Part shown: positions 46,429-57,737 of the stretch, one piece after another
Layout of the letters: every line of letters begins with the position of its first letter
Numbering within the stretch: position 1 is the stretch's first letter
From: an uncultured Clostridia bacterium
Lineage (GTDB): Bacteria; Bacillota; Clostridia; Christensenellales; UBA1242
Direction of reading: 5' to 3'
NCBI GenBank assembly: GCA_930990975.1
Contig: CAKNRR010000002.1
Coordinates: forward strand, 129,663-193,662
DNA: 64,000 bases
The notes under the pieces: model-generated
Told to the model about the DNA's origin: nothing
The model's input: only the letters and a program-made list of their open reading frames with translations
Database searches by the model: none
Made by a program: the position numbers and the translations under genes

Positions 46429-48447
46429 TTACACTATGCGTTTAAACATCTTTTCAAATTCATACTTTGTTATAACTAGTGTTATCGGTCTGCCATGAGG
46501 ACAAAGCATAATACCTTTTCTGACCTCTTCAATTAAATAAGCACATTCATCCTTGCTTAAAGTATCGCCTGCTTTTATGGCATGCTTGCAGGCTGATTGG
46601 CAAAGTCTGTTATGTATAAAATCACTAGGTTTCTTATCCCAATTGATGCTGTCTTTAACAAGTTCATCCACAAACTTATCAAGCTCTATATAAGCTAATA
46701 CATAAGGGACACTTTTTATTGTGTAAGTATAGTTTTCTTTCTCTATATTAAAGCCTATATCTCTTAAATTACCGATTGCCAAATCTATGTTTTGTGATTC
46801 TTTAGCACCAACTGTAAATGAATAAGGTGCTAAAAGGTCTTGCCTTGCAATGTTTTTATCATTCACTTGTTTAACCAGTTTGTCATAAAGAAGCCTTTCA
46901 TGAGCAGCATGCTGGTCAATAAAATATACACTGTCATCAAGCTCTATAACTATATAAGTTTTAAACAAAGTCCCAAGAATTTTCATTTCTTCTTTAACAC
47001 TTGCATTTAAAAACTTGTTTTCATGGCTTTGCGCCTTTATTTCCGCTGTATACTTTTCCCCTGATTGATCAAAGAAGAATGAAGTGTTGTTTTTTGATGT
47101 GATGATATACTTATCTTTAATTGACATATTTTCTAAGTTTTCTATATCTTGATCAATTATTTTATCTTGCTTGTTGTTCTCTACCTTCTTAACTTCAATA
47201 TCAAATTCTTTTGGATCAACAAGTCCTTCATCTTTATTGAACAAATCTATACTATAGCTTTTCCCTTGAATCTGAGTTTCTTGCCTTTGGGTTTCATTAT
47301 TATTTAATGAGCTTCCAAGTTGTTCTTTATAAATTGATGCAATATTTTCATTTTCGTTTATAGATTTATTTTCTTGTGTTGAAATGTTATCTAATTTAGC
47401 GTCTTTACCATATAAATCAAGTTCACCTTGTTTTGTATCTCCAGCAAGGAAGTTTGCTATTTGGTCAACTGAAAGTAAGGCATTTTCAACAGCCTTTCTT
47501 ATGAGTGAAAAGATTTTATTCGGGTTATCAAACTTAACCTCTCTCTTTGATGGATGAACATTCACATCCACGCAATCAATTGGAAGTGACAAAGATATAA
47601 CATAGACAGGGAATCTGCCCTTCATCAAAAATGATTCATATACACTTTGCACAGCTGAGGAAATCAAATAATTTTCAACGAACCTTCCATTCACAAACAA
47701 AGTTTGATATGTTCTATTACTTTTTGAAATCTTTGGTTTTGTAACAAATCCACTTACCTTATATCCGTCATCTTGATAGTTTAATTCAATCAAATTATCG
47801 TAGACTTCTCTTCCATATATCGTATATATTATATCACGCATGCTACATGATGTTGTATTATATACTTGTTTACCATCAATATAATATGAGAAAGCTATTT
47901 CACTGTTTGACAACATAAATTTCTCTACAAGATGGGTTACTTCCGCTTCCTCTGTTTTTGGTTTTCTTAAAAATTTAGCTCTTACAGGAGTGTTGTAAAA
48001 TAAATTTGAACAAGAAATTGTTGTGCCATTTGTTCTTGCAACTTCTATCACCTCTTCAAATTCTCCGCCGTTGACTTTGATTGAATACCCAACCTGGCTT
48101 TCCTTTGTCTTTGATGATAGTTTGACTTGACAAACGGAAGATATGCTTGCAAGAGCTTCCCCTCTAAAACCAAGGCTTGAAATATTGTCTAAATCTTCAA
48201 TATCTTTTATTTTGCTTGTAGCGTGAGGCAAAAATGCAGTCGCTATATCCTCTTTTTCTATACCGCATCCATCATCTGAAACAGTTATATTTTTTATACC
48301 GCCTTCTTCTATCTCTATCCTTATATTTTTAGCACCTGCATCAATACTATTTTCTACAAGTTCTTTCAAGATAGAAGCTGGTCGCTCAACGACCTCACCT
48401 GCAGATATACGATTGAATACTTTTGGTTCAAGTACATTAATTTTCAT
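46429..48447 (-). CDS. mutL: DNA mismatch repair protein MutL
   Basis: [39 protein letters not shown]. C-terminal dimerisation domain with [10 protein letters not shown] and CPHGRP. Confidence 0.94.
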   Translation of the reverse strand: [672 protein letters not shown]

Positions 48448-51052
48448 CTACACTCTCCTTAGATTTTTCCACCAAATCATTTAAGATATCAAAGGCATGC
48501 ATAGGCGAAATTCTGTTTATGTCAATATCCTTTAATGTTGAAAGAATTGACAATGCAAGTTTTGTGTTGACCTCTGCCTTTTGTTTTTTCTCCTTAAAAA
48601 TATTAAGGTCAAGTTTTTGGTTCACTGCTTCAAGATTTAGCGAAATCTCTTTCGCTCTATCTAGAACTTCCTTTGGCACTCCAGCAAGTCTTGCAACTTC
48701 TATACCAAAGCTTTTATTTGCTCCTCCCCTTACAATCTTTCTTAAAAAGATGACTTCATCATCAAGTTCTTTCACAGAAATTTTGTAATTCTTCACACCA
48801 TCAATAACCCCTTCAAGTTCTGTCAATTCATGATAATGTGTTGCAAATAATGTCTTAGCTTTGAAATTCTTTGATATATACTCAACAACTGACCATGCAA
48901 TGCTAAGTCCATCAAAGGTTGAAGTTCCCCTTCCTATTTCATCTAAAACAACTAAGCTTTTATCTGTTGCATTGGCTAAAATTTGAGCGACCTCGCTCAT
49001 CTCAACCATAAAAGTGCTTTGACCAAATGCCAAATCATCACTTGCGCCTACTCTTGTAAATATTCTATCAGTAATTGGTATGTATGCCTCTTTTGCAGGA
49101 ACAAAACTTCCTATGTGAGCAAGAAGTGTTATAATCGCCACCTGACGCATATAAGTGCTTTTCCCCGCCATATTAGGCCCAGTTATTATCATGATACGAT
49201 TATCTTCGCTATCAAGCAATGTATCATTTGATACAAACTGCCCTCTATCCATAAACTGCTCAACAACTGGATGTCTTCCATCTATTATTTTAAGTTGTTT
49301 TACATTTGCATTTATCACAGGCTTTACATAATTGTTTTTTACAGCAACTTCTGCAAGTGATAATATTGCGTCAATTTTAGCCACTGCTTGAGCTATTTGT
49401 TGGAAAGTTTGAATGTATTTTGTCAAAATGGTCTTTAATTGATTGAAGATATCACTTTCAAGTTGCAAAGCCTTTTCCTCGCTGCCTAAGATTTTTTCTT
49501 CAATAACTTTCAAATCTTCAGTAATATATCTCTCGTTGTTTGCAACAGTTTGTTTTCTTATGTATCTTATAGGAACTCTATCTATTTGACTCTTGTTTAT
49601 TTCTATAAAATAACCAAAAACCTTATTGCTTGATATTTTAAGGTTTTTAATTCCTGTCGCCTCAATCTCTTTCTTTTGCAATTCATCAAGCCAAACTTTG
49701 CCCAAGGTTTTTGCATTTCTATATTCATCAAGCTCTTTATTGAACCCTTTTTTGATATATCCACCTTCTCTTGTGTTGTTTGAAGCCTTATCTTCATCTA
49801 TGGTTCGAACAAGTAGGTCAGCTATACTGTCAATGTCTGCAAGGTCTTCTCTACATTGCGCCAAATAATCATCAGTAAATGGTTCTAACTCTTTTCTAAG
49901 CACTGGAACTTGTTTTAGTGAATGTCCAAGCGAAACCATATCTTTAGGGCTTATATTCCCATAAGCTATTTTCCCAGCATATCTTTCTATATCATATATA
50001 TTTGATAAAATTTCAGTGAGTTTATCTCTTAAAATAATACGCTTTACAAGTTCGCTAACAGCATTCAATCTTGCGTTTATTTCCTTAGGGTTTTGCAAAG
50101 GTTCGTCAAGCATTTTTCTTAAGTATCTTGCTCCCATGCTTGTTTTGGTTTTATTTAAAACAGCAAGGATAGAGTTTCTTTTATTTTTATCTCTGTTTGA
50201 CTCAACAATTTCAAGATTTCGTCTTGTATTAATATCAATCGTCATAAAATTCTTGTTTCTTACAAGCTTAATCTTGTTGATATTTGCAAGAGCTCTCTTT
50301 TGCGTTTCATTAAGATATTCAAATAGTGCCCCCGTACTGCAAATAATTTCATTCTTCCCTTTTATATCGTATACATTTTCATAGTTATCGCCAAACTGCT
50401 TAGATAGGTTGTCATTTGCTCTTGATTTGCTGTATGCCCATTCATAATATTTTGCACATCTGCGGACATTTCCTGCTCTAGTAATTGCCAAATTATTGAA
50501 AAATGCTTCCGCCTCTTCATTACCTATAATTTCCGCAGGCGAAATTCTTGAAATCAAGTCATTTATTTGATTTTCGATTTTATCATTTATCTCAACAACT
50601 TCAAGCACTCCTGTTGAAATGTCGACATAACTTGCGCCTATCTTATTATCTTTTTTATAAATGGATAGCAAATAATTGTTTCTTTGTCCCTCAAGCATCT
50701 CTTCATCAACTACTGTCCCTGGTGTTATCACTCTCACTACATCACGATCAAGCATTTTTACACCTTTACCTGGCTGATTCAACTGTTCACATATTGCAAC
50801 CTTATGTCCATTTTCTATAAGTCTTGCAATATATGTTTGGGCTGCATGATAAGGGACTCCGCACATTGGCGCCTTCTTTGAAAGTCCACATGCTTTTGCT
50901 GTTAATATTAGCTCTAGTTCCCTCGAAGCTGTTATAGCGTCTTCATAAAACATTTCATAAAAGTCGCCCATTCTATAAAACAATATACAATCTTGATATT
51001 GACTTTTTATTTGCATATATTGTTTCATTGCTGGAGATAATTCTTCTTTCAT
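48437..51052 (-). CDS. mutS: DNA mismatch repair protein MutS
   Basis: PAMKQYMQIK..ILFYRMGDFYEMF (mismatch-binding Phe), GPNMAGKSTYMRQ, DEIGRGTSTFDG, ATHYHEL. Confidence 0.95.
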   Translation of the reverse strand: MKEELSPAMKQYMQIKSQYQDCILFYRMGDFYEMFYEDAITASRELELILTAKACGLSKKAPMCGVPYHAAQTYIARLIENGHKVAICEQLNQPGKGVKMLDRDVVRVITPGTVVDEEMLEGQRNNYLLSIYKKDNKIGASYVDISTGVLEVVEINDKIENQINDLISRISPAEIIGNEEAEAFFNNLAITRAGNVRRCAKYYEWAYSKSRANDNLSKQFGDNYENVYDIKGKNEIICSTGALFEYLNETQKRALANINKIKLVRNKNFMTIDINTRRNLEIVESNRDKNKRNSILAVLNKTKTSMGARYLRKMLDEPLQNPKEINARLNAVSELVKRIILRDKLTEILSNIYDIERYAGKIAYGNISPKDMVSLGHSLKQVPVLRKELEPFTDDYLAQCREDLADIDSIADLLVRTIDEDKASNNTREGGYIKKGFNKELDEYRNAKTLGKVWLDELQKKEIEATGIKNLKISSNKVFGYFIEINKSQIDRVPIRYIRKQTVANNERYITEDLKVIEEKILGSEEKALQLESDIFNQLKTILTKYIQTFQQIAQAVAKIDAILSLAEVAVKNNYVKPVINANVKQLKIIDGRHPVVEQFMDRGQFVSNDTLLDSEDNRIMIITGPNMAGKSTYMRQVAIITLLAHIGSFVPAKEAYIPITDRIFTRVGASDDLAFGQSTFMVEMSEVAQILANATDKSLVVLDEIGRGTSTFDGLSIAWSVVEYISKNFKAKTLFATHYHELTELEGVIDGVKNYKISVKELDDEVIFLRKIVRGGANKSFGIEVARLAGVPKEVLDRAKEISLNLEAVNQKLDLNIFKEKKQKAEVNTKLALSILSTLKDIDINRISPMHAFDILNDLVEKSKESVDEN

Positions 51053-52173
51053 CTTTTATTATCCTCCTTCTGCAACTTTTTCTCTAGTGCCAAAAGCTTG
51101 TTTACTCTTTTATGTTTTATCTCTTCAGGTATCTGTCCTTCCATTTTACTTGCAATCGTTCCCTCTCTTGGAGAATACATAAAAGCAAAGATACTATCAT
51201 ATCTTACCCTCTTTACGAGTTCATAAGTATCTTCAAATTCTTCCTCTGTTTCAGTTGGAAAGCCCACAATAAAGTCTGATGTTATTCTGCAATTTGGAAT
51301 CTTTTCTCTTATCTTATCAATAATTTCAAGATATTTTTCTCTTGTATATTTACGATTCATAAGTTTCAATATTCTGTTGTTTCCGCTTTGTGCTGGCAAA
51401 TGAATAAATTTTTCAATTTTATCTTCACTTGCAATCGCGTCAATAACATCATCAGTCAAGTCTTTAGGATGAGATGTCATAAATGACAAAGTAAAATCTC
51501 CATCCAGTTTGCATATATCATGCAAAAGAGTTGCAAATGAAACTTGTGGATTCAAGTCCTTTCCATAAGAATTGACATTTTGTCCTAAAAGTGTAATCTT
51601 TTTGTACTTTCCTTCTGCAATCAACTCTTTTATTTCTTGCAAGATGTTGCTTTCCTGTCTTGATTTCTCTCTTCCCTTAACATAAGGTACGATACAATAT
51701 GTGCAAAAGTTATTGCACCCTTGCATTATGTTTACCCAAGCATTTTCACCGCTTGTTCTCTTATATGGAAGCATCTCATCTATATCACCTTCCTCAAGTA
51801 TTTCAAGTTGTCTTCCCTTTTTTACAGCTTCAATAAAAAAGCCAAGCCTTGACAAATTGAATGTGCCAAGCACTATATCTACAAAAGGAAATGTATTCAT
51901 AAGTTTCTGTGCTGTTTGTTCTTTTTGTGTCATACAACCTAGAACGGCTATAATAAGATTTTTGTTTTTCTTTTTAAGTCGCTTTAAATTCCCAACATTA
52001 CCAAAAACCCTATCTTCTGCCCCTTCTCTAATTGCACATGTATTAAACACAATTATATCAGCATCTTCTCTTTTATCACAAGCTGTATACCCTAGATTCT
52101 CAAGTATTCCTGCTATCTTTTCAGACTCGTGTACATTCATTTGGCATCCGTATGTAACTATAAAATATTTCAC
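51049..52173 (-). CDS. miaB: MiaB-type tRNA methylthiotransferase, short form without a TRAM domain
   Basis: TYGCQMNVHESE (UPF0004 domain) and GCNNFCTYCIVPYVKGREKSR (radical-SAM CxxxCxxC). The ORF ends at aa 374, ~25 aa after the radical-SAM domain, and its stop overlaps the mutS start (ATGA). Confidence 0.85.
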   Translation of the reverse strand: MKYFIVTYGCQMNVHESEKIAGILENLGYTACDKREDADIIVFNTCAIREGAEDRVFGNVGNLKRLKKKNKNLIIAVLGCMTQKEQTAQKLMNTFPFVDIVLGTFNLSRLGFFIEAVKKGRQLEILEEGDIDEMLPYKRTSGENAWVNIMQGCNNFCTYCIVPYVKGREKSRQESNILQEIKELIAEGKYKKITLLGQNVNSYGKDLNPQVSFATLLHDICKLDGDFTLSFMTSHPKDLTDDVIDAIASEDKIEKFIHLPAQSGNNRILKLMNRKYTREKYLEIIDKIREKIPNCRITSDFIVGFPTETEEEFEDTYELVKRVRYDSIFAFMYSPREGTIASKMEGQIPEEIKHKRVNKLLALEKKLQKEDNKR

Positions 52174-52312
52174 TTTATTTCTCCATTATTAATTTTTATA
52201 TCGACATATAATTATATAGACATATATTGCAATTATACTATAATAATGAAAAATTTTCAAATAAAAAATTATTATATAAATAATTTATTTATAATTAAAC
52301 ATAATAACCTCG

Positions 52313-54538
52313 ATGAAAAAATTTATTAAGGTTACGCTGATTATATTTTTTATTCTTCTTTTGGCTACGCTTGTTGGTCTTGGCTTTTATATTTCATCAA
52401 TTTATATCAACGCAAGAGCTATGAAGTTAAATGAAGACATCCTAAGTTCTCCTTACATATCCGTTCAGGTTTATGACAAGGAAAATAAACCTTTAAAAGA
52501 AGATAATGAAATCAACAGGAATTTTGCAAAAATTGATGAGCTTTCAGCTGATACCAAGAATGCCTTTATTTCAATTGAAGATAAATCTTTCTATAGTCAT
52601 CATGGTGTGAATTACAAAAGAATTGCAAAAGCAATGCTCAACAACATCAAGTCAAGAAGTCTTAAGGAAGGTGCTTCAACAATCACACAACAACTTGTGA
52701 AGAATACACAGCTCACAAGCGAAAAAACATTTGAAAGAAAAATAAAAGAAGTTGCGCTGGCTCAAAAAATTGAAGCAAAATACAGCAAAGACGAAATCTT
52801 GCAAAATTACTTAAACATCATTTACTTTGGCAATAATTGTTATGGCATTGAAAATGCTGCCAATTATTATTTCTCAAAGCATGCGAAAGAGCTAAATTTA
52901 GAAGAATCGGCGATGCTTGCTGGGCTTATTAAATCGCCTGCAAAATACTCGCCTATCAGAAATAAAGAAAACTGCATAAACAGAAGAAATCTTGTTTTGA
53001 GCGAAATGTATAAAGATGAAGTCATTTCGACTGAAGATTACAACAAAGCTAAAAACTCACCGCTTAATCTATCTATAAATAATGAACGAAAAAACAAGCT
53101 TAATTCATATAGCCAAGCTTCTATTGATGAGGCTGAAATGATTTTAGGCTTGCCAGCAAGGCAAATCGCTTTAAAAGGTTATAAAATTTATACATATCAA
53201 AATCACGACAAGCAAGAAGCTTTAGAAAATGCTATTAATTCACAAAATTTAGAAACCGATTCTGCTGGTATTGTAATCAATAATTCAAATCATTCAATTG
53301 AAGCTTATATTGGTGACAGCATTTTCAAAATTTTAGATGCAAAAAGACAGCCTGGCTCTTGCATTAAACCTATCCTCGTTTATGCCCCTGCTTTGAATGA
53401 AGATATAATTTATCCTTGCAGTCAAATCTTAGATGAAAAAACATCAATATCAAACTATACACCTAAAAATGTTGGAAATGTCTATAGAGGATATGTAAGC
53501 GCAAGAGAGGCATTGTCAAAATCTATCAACATCCCCGCAGTAAAAGTGCTTTCTTATCTTGGGATAGATAAAGGAAAAGCTTATGCCGAAAACATGGGAA
53601 TTACTTTTGATGAAAAAGATGACAGCTACACTCTTGCACTTGGTGGCATGACTTATGGTGTGAATTTGCAACAACTTGCTGGAGCTTATTCAACCTTTGC
53701 AAATAATGGGTATTATGCAGCACCTAAATTTGTTTCATTTATAACAGACAAGAATAACCGCTTGGTTTATATAAACAAGCCAAAAGCTCAACAAGTTTTA
53801 AGAGAAGATTGTGCATATCTTATTACTGACATGTTGAGAACATGTGCAACAAGTGGAACTGCAAAAAAACTAGCCTCTCTAAACATGGACATTGCTTCTA
53901 AAACAGGAACTGTTGGGAAATCGAACTCCAAAGAAAACTTAGACGCGTGGAACATTTCTTACACAAAAGAACAAACTTGCGGAATTTGGATTGGGAACTT
54001 AGACAACACCCCAATAAATTATGCAGGAGGCAATCAGCCAACAGAAATAGTCAAACAATACTTTGCATCTGTGAAAGACAATTCAACTTTTACCACTCCA
54101 GAAAGCATAGTTGAAAAGAATATTGATGGAACAGAACTTAGCGAAAATCACAGAATTGTTCTAGCAAATAATTACATTCCAGAACGATATACACAAAAAG
54201 AAATCTTTTCTATTTTCAATTTGCCTAGTGATGTTTCAAATAAATTTACAAGTATGCCAAAAACTGACTTTAATAGCAAAGTAGAAAACAATAAGGCAAT
54301 TATTTCATTTAATGCGAAAGATTATGTAACCTATAATTTTAAGGCAAATGATAAGGTTTTAAAATCTATATCAAATAAAAATGGAGAGCAAATTGTGACT
54401 ATAGACTTGTTGACTCCAAAACAGACAATAACTATTGATTACTTCTATACTCTTTCTCCAGAAATCAACAACACTGACAAAATAAACTTTATAAAAACAA
54501 ATAAAACAAACATTAGTAAAGATAAGTGGTTTATTTAA
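52313..54538 (+). CDS. class A (PBP1-type) bifunctional penicillin-binding protein
   Basis: GT51 motifs ISIEDKSFYSHHGV, GASTITQQLVKN, RKIKE. Transpeptidase motifs SCIKP (SxxK) and KTGT. N-terminal TM anchor. Confidence 0.9.
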   Translation: MKKFIKVTLIIFFILLLATLVGLGFYISSIYINARAMKLNEDILSSPYISVQVYDKENKPLKEDNEINRNFAKIDELSADTKNAFISIEDKSFYSHHGVNYKRIAKAMLNNIKSRSLKEGASTITQQLVKNTQLTSEKTFERKIKEVALAQKIEAKYSKDEILQNYLNIIYFGNNCYGIENAANYYFSKHAKELNLEESAMLAGLIKSPAKYSPIRNKENCINRRNLVLSEMYKDEVISTEDYNKAKNSPLNLSINNERKNKLNSYSQASIDEAEMILGLPARQIALKGYKIYTYQNHDKQEALENAINSQNLETDSAGIVINNSNHSIEAYIGDSIFKILDAKRQPGSCIKPILVYAPALNEDIIYPCSQILDEKTSISNYTPKNVGNVYRGYVSAREALSKSINIPAVKVLSYLGIDKGKAYAENMGITFDEKDDSYTLALGGMTYGVNLQQLAGAYSTFANNGYYAAPKFVSFITDKNNRLVYINKPKAQQVLREDCAYLITDMLRTCATSGTAKKLASLNMDIASKTGTVGKSNSKENLDAWNISYTKEQTCGIWIGNLDNTPINYAGGNQPTEIVKQYFASVKDNSTFTTPESIVEKNIDGTELSENHRIVLANNYIPERYTQKEIFSIFNLPSDVSNKFTSMPKTDFNSKVENNKAIISFNAKDYVTYNFKANDKVLKSISNKNGEQIVTIDLLTPKQTITIDYFYTLSPEINNTDKINFIKTNKTNISKDKWFI

Positions 54539-54652
54539 AATAGTCGCTTAATCTATATATTGTATGTATTATAAAATACATACTACTTAATAATGTATAT
54601 TGTGCATTACATACAAGCTCAGAAACGAACTTTAATTAATAATTTTACAAAC

Positions 54653-54687
54653 AAAAAAGATAATGTATTATCAACATTATCTTTTTT
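54653..54687. terminator. bidirectional terminator between the PBP gene and recA
   Basis: aaaaaagataatgt-attatca-acattatctttttt. Confidence 0.7.
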
Positions 54688-54735
54688 ATTTTATATAGTT
54701 TCTAAGGCTATAAGTTTTTAAAAACTTTTTATATC

Positions 54736-55782
54736 CTATTCTTCATCTTCTGTTTGTTCACTGTTTAGGTTTGCAACACCTATTCCATAAGCTGCTTTAA
54801 CCTTGTCAAAAATCTCATTGTAAATTTCTTTATTTTGATCAAGATAAACTTTTACATTTTCCTTACCTTGCCCAATCTTTTCATCATTATAAGAGAACCA
54901 TGAACCTGATTTCTTTATAATATCTTTTTCAAGTGCAAGGTCAATAACACAACCTACTTGGCTTACACCTTGTCCATAAACAATATCAAACTCTGCTGTT
55001 TTGAATGGAGGTGCAAGTTTGTTTTTAACAACTTTTACAACAGTTCTATTTCCTATTATGTTGGTTCCATCTTTTATTGTATCTTTCTTTCTTACATCCA
55101 ATCTTATGCTGGAATAGAATTTTAAAGCTTTTCCGCCTGTTGTTGTTTCTGGTGAGCCAAACATTACCCCAACCTTTTCACGAAGTTGGTTGATAAAGAT
55201 AACTGTAGTGTTGCTCTTATTGATGATCCCTGTCAATTTTCTTAGAGCTTGGCTCATCATTCTTGCCTGCAATCCTACATGATTGTCACCCATTTCGCCA
55301 TCAATTTCAGCCTTAGGCGTCAATGCTGCAACTGAGTCAACAACGACAATATCAACGGCACCTGATTTTACAAGGCTTTCACAAATATTCAAGGCTTGCT
55401 CTCCATTGTCTGGTTGTGATACAAGAAGGTCACTCAAAACAACACCGAGCTTTTCTGCGTAAATAGGGTCAAGAGCATGTTCTGCGTCTATAAAAGCTGC
55501 TGTGCCACCTTTCTTTTGTGCTTCAGCGATAATATGCAATGACACTGTTGTTTTACCTGAAGATTCTGGTCCATAAATTTCAATAACCCTTCCTCTTGGT
55601 ATTCCACCTATTCCTAAAGCTATATCCAAAGTCAAGCATCCTGTTGGTATAACATCAATTGGTTCATTAACTCTGTCGCCTAGCTTCATAATAGCACCTT
55701 TCCCATATTGCTTTTCTATTTGAAGCAAAGCTTGATCTAATGCTTCTTTTTTGCTATCTTTTTTCAAGTCTTTCTTTTCCAT
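54736..55782 (-). CDS. recA: recombinase RecA
   Basis: [72 protein letters not shown]. Confidence 0.97.
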   Translation of the reverse strand: MEKKDLKKDSKKEALDQALLQIEKQYGKGAIMKLGDRVNEPIDVIPTGCLTLDIALGIGGIPRGRVIEIYGPESSGKTTVSLHIIAEAQKKGGTAAFIDAEHALDPIYAEKLGVVLSDLLVSQPDNGEQALNICESLVKSGAVDIVVVDSVAALTPKAEIDGEMGDNHVGLQARMMSQALRKLTGIINKSNTTVIFINQLREKVGVMFGSPETTTGGKALKFYSSIRLDVRKKDTIKDGTNIIGNRTVVKVVKNKLAPPFKTAEFDIVYGQGVSQVGCVIDLALEKDIIKKSGSWFSYNDEKIGQGKENVKVYLDQNKEIYNEIFDKVKAAYGIGVANLNSEQTEDEE

Positions 55783-55886
55783 ATTTTCCCCTTTATAAAT
55801 TTATAATTAAAGGCAATCTTTATTAAATCATTTTGCCCATATCCATATTCAATTTTAGCAAATTTCGCCAGATTTGTAAAACATAA

Positions 55887-56876
55887 TTAAAAAGATAAAT
55901 CATTTTGTCTTAATTTTTTTGCTAAATGAAATAACACCGCATTTTTTGCCATTTCTATGCAAGCGCACTTGTCAGCCTTGAATGAATTTTTAAATATATG
56001 CACTTCAAAAGTGTCAGCTATTGCAAAAACAAATTCAAGCGCACCATCCTTATATCTTCCGCTCATAACCAATGCAATATCAGATTTTGCATCTTTTAAA
56101 AATTCCATGGTTTTATTATACAATGTTTCATTATCTATGTAATCAACTTTTTCAAATACCACTTTCTTTAAGTTTGTTTCAAATTCTTCATCACTTTCAA
56201 GCAAGCTGTTGACAAGTTCCCCTTTTGTGATATTCTCACAAATTGCCAAGCTCTTGCCTCTTAATGCAAGCATTTTGCGGATTATTTCAGGCAAATACAT
56301 ATAATTTTCGCTGTAAACATATTGCTTAAATGCTGTAGCAATTTTCACTTGATTGTCATCTATAAGTGTAGATTGTCCATTGTAACATATAATTAAGTCA
56401 CATAGCAAATTATCATAAATTATTTTATATTTAAAGCCAGGTATCTCTTGGCGAAGCTGCTCAAGTTTGTTTATCACTTGTTGTTGAGGCAAGCCAAACA
56501 AGTGAAACTCGCAATATTTTTTATCTTGGCTTTTTGTAAAGACTTTATTTAAAAGCTCCAAATCAGACTCTAATGGCATAAAAATTATATTATAGCCATT
56601 CTGATTAAAAACAGCAATTTGCTCCTCTACAATCGTTTTTTTATTGCCAAGATGCTCTATATTTCTTATGATAAGATTGTCCAGATTATCATTGTTACAA
56701 AAAACAATAAGGTTTTTATCTTTTTCAATAAATGGTCTATCTAGGACAAAATCTTTTATATCAAAGCTCTGTATGTCTATCATATTATAGGCACAAACTT
56801 TGTAAAATTTGTTGAAATCAAATTTAAATTGTCCATCTAAAACATCTTTTGAAAAAATAAAAACCTTATATTCCAT
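55887..56876 (-). CDS. cinA: highly divergent CinA-like protein
   Basis: Sits in the pgsA-cinA-recA slot. The C-terminus SLAICENITKGELVNSLL...DIALVMSGRYKDGALEFVFAIAD...CIEMAKNAVLFHLAKKL aligns by eye to CinA-C (LATAESCTGGLLA...ALAVTGVAGP..GTV.IA...R..AV..AL..L). The N-terminal half has lost the GGLGPT motif. Confidence 0.5.
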   Translation of the reverse strand: MEYKVFIFSKDVLDGQFKFDFNKFYKVCAYNMIDIQSFDIKDFVLDRPFIEKDKNLIVFCNNDNLDNLIIRNIEHLGNKKTIVEEQIAVFNQNGYNIIFMPLESDLELLNKVFTKSQDKKYCEFHLFGLPQQQVINKLEQLRQEIPGFKYKIIYDNLLCDLIICYNGQSTLIDDNQVKIATAFKQYVYSENYMYLPEIIRKMLALRGKSLAICENITKGELVNSLLESDEEFETNLKKVVFEKVDYIDNETLYNKTMEFLKDAKSDIALVMSGRYKDGALEFVFAIADTFEVHIFKNSFKADKCACIEMAKNAVLFHLAKKLRQNDLSF

Positions 56877-56948
56877 TTTTCCCTCTTAAGAATTTCAAAA
56901 CAAATTTTTGCACTATTTAATCCAAGCAAACATTTGTTTTTTCTGTTG

Positions 56949-57737
56949 TCACTCTTTTAAATTTTCTTTTGACTTTTTTGAAGTTTTGTTTGAAGTTTTT
57001 TCAGTTTGAACTTCTTGATTGCTTTGATTATCTTCATTGTTTTCTTTTACTTCATCATTCAAACTTTCTTCACTAGCAACTGCCTCTTGAGATGATTCAT
57101 CATTATTGACAAAATTGTCATTTTTCTCTGTTACAAATAACTTCCTATTTCTAACGAGGTAGCTTACTCCTGAATAAATTGTCATAAATGTTGCAATTAC
57201 AAAGATTATCATTAATATGAATCTTACAATTGCAATAGCTTTATTTTCAATTTGTGCTGGTGTCACAATATCTGTCATGACAAAAGCAAATGCCATATAC
57301 AAAGTTACTGAAACATATTGAATAGTGGCTTTTATCTTTCCACCCTTATCTGCAGCAAGAACTACGCCTTTTGCTGCTGCAATTTGTCTTAAAGCGCTGA
57401 TAATAAATTCACGCGCAAGCATTATTATTCCACATACTATTCCAAGCCATGATGGATATATAATTGGTTCTGCACCTACAACTGGAGCTGCTACAATCAA
57501 AATTATTCCTGTCATAATTAAGACTTTATCAGCTATCGAATCAAAGAACTTTCCTAAGTCTGTAACTTGATTGTTCTTTCGTGCCAAATAGCCGTCAACA
57601 AAATCTGTCAAACATGCTATTATAAAAATTATTGTTGCTACAAGTCTTCCGTATGGAATAAAATCTGCTAAATAGAAAAATACTATTACAGGTATAAGTA
57701 GCAATCTTACCAATGTTATTTTATTTGGTGTATTCAT
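56949..57737 (-). CDS. pgsA: CDP-diacylglycerol--glycerol-3-phosphate 3-phosphatidyltransferase with a ~70-aa acidic/low-complexity C-terminal extension
   Basis: NKITLVRLLLIPV..., DFVDGYLARKNNQVTDLGKFFDSIADKVL (the CDP-alcohol motif DG..AR...G..D...D). Confidence 0.9.
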   Translation of the reverse strand: MNTPNKITLVRLLLIPVIVFFYLADFIPYGRLVATIIFIIACLTDFVDGYLARKNNQVTDLGKFFDSIADKVLIMTGIILIVAAPVVGAEPIIYPSWLGIVCGIIMLAREFIISALRQIAAAKGVVLAADKGGKIKATIQYVSVTLYMAFAFVMTDIVTPAQIENKAIAIVRFILMIIFVIATFMTIYSGVSYLVRNRKLFVTEKNDNFVNNDESSQEAVASEESLNDEVKENNEDNQSNQEVQTEKTSNKTSKKSKENLKE

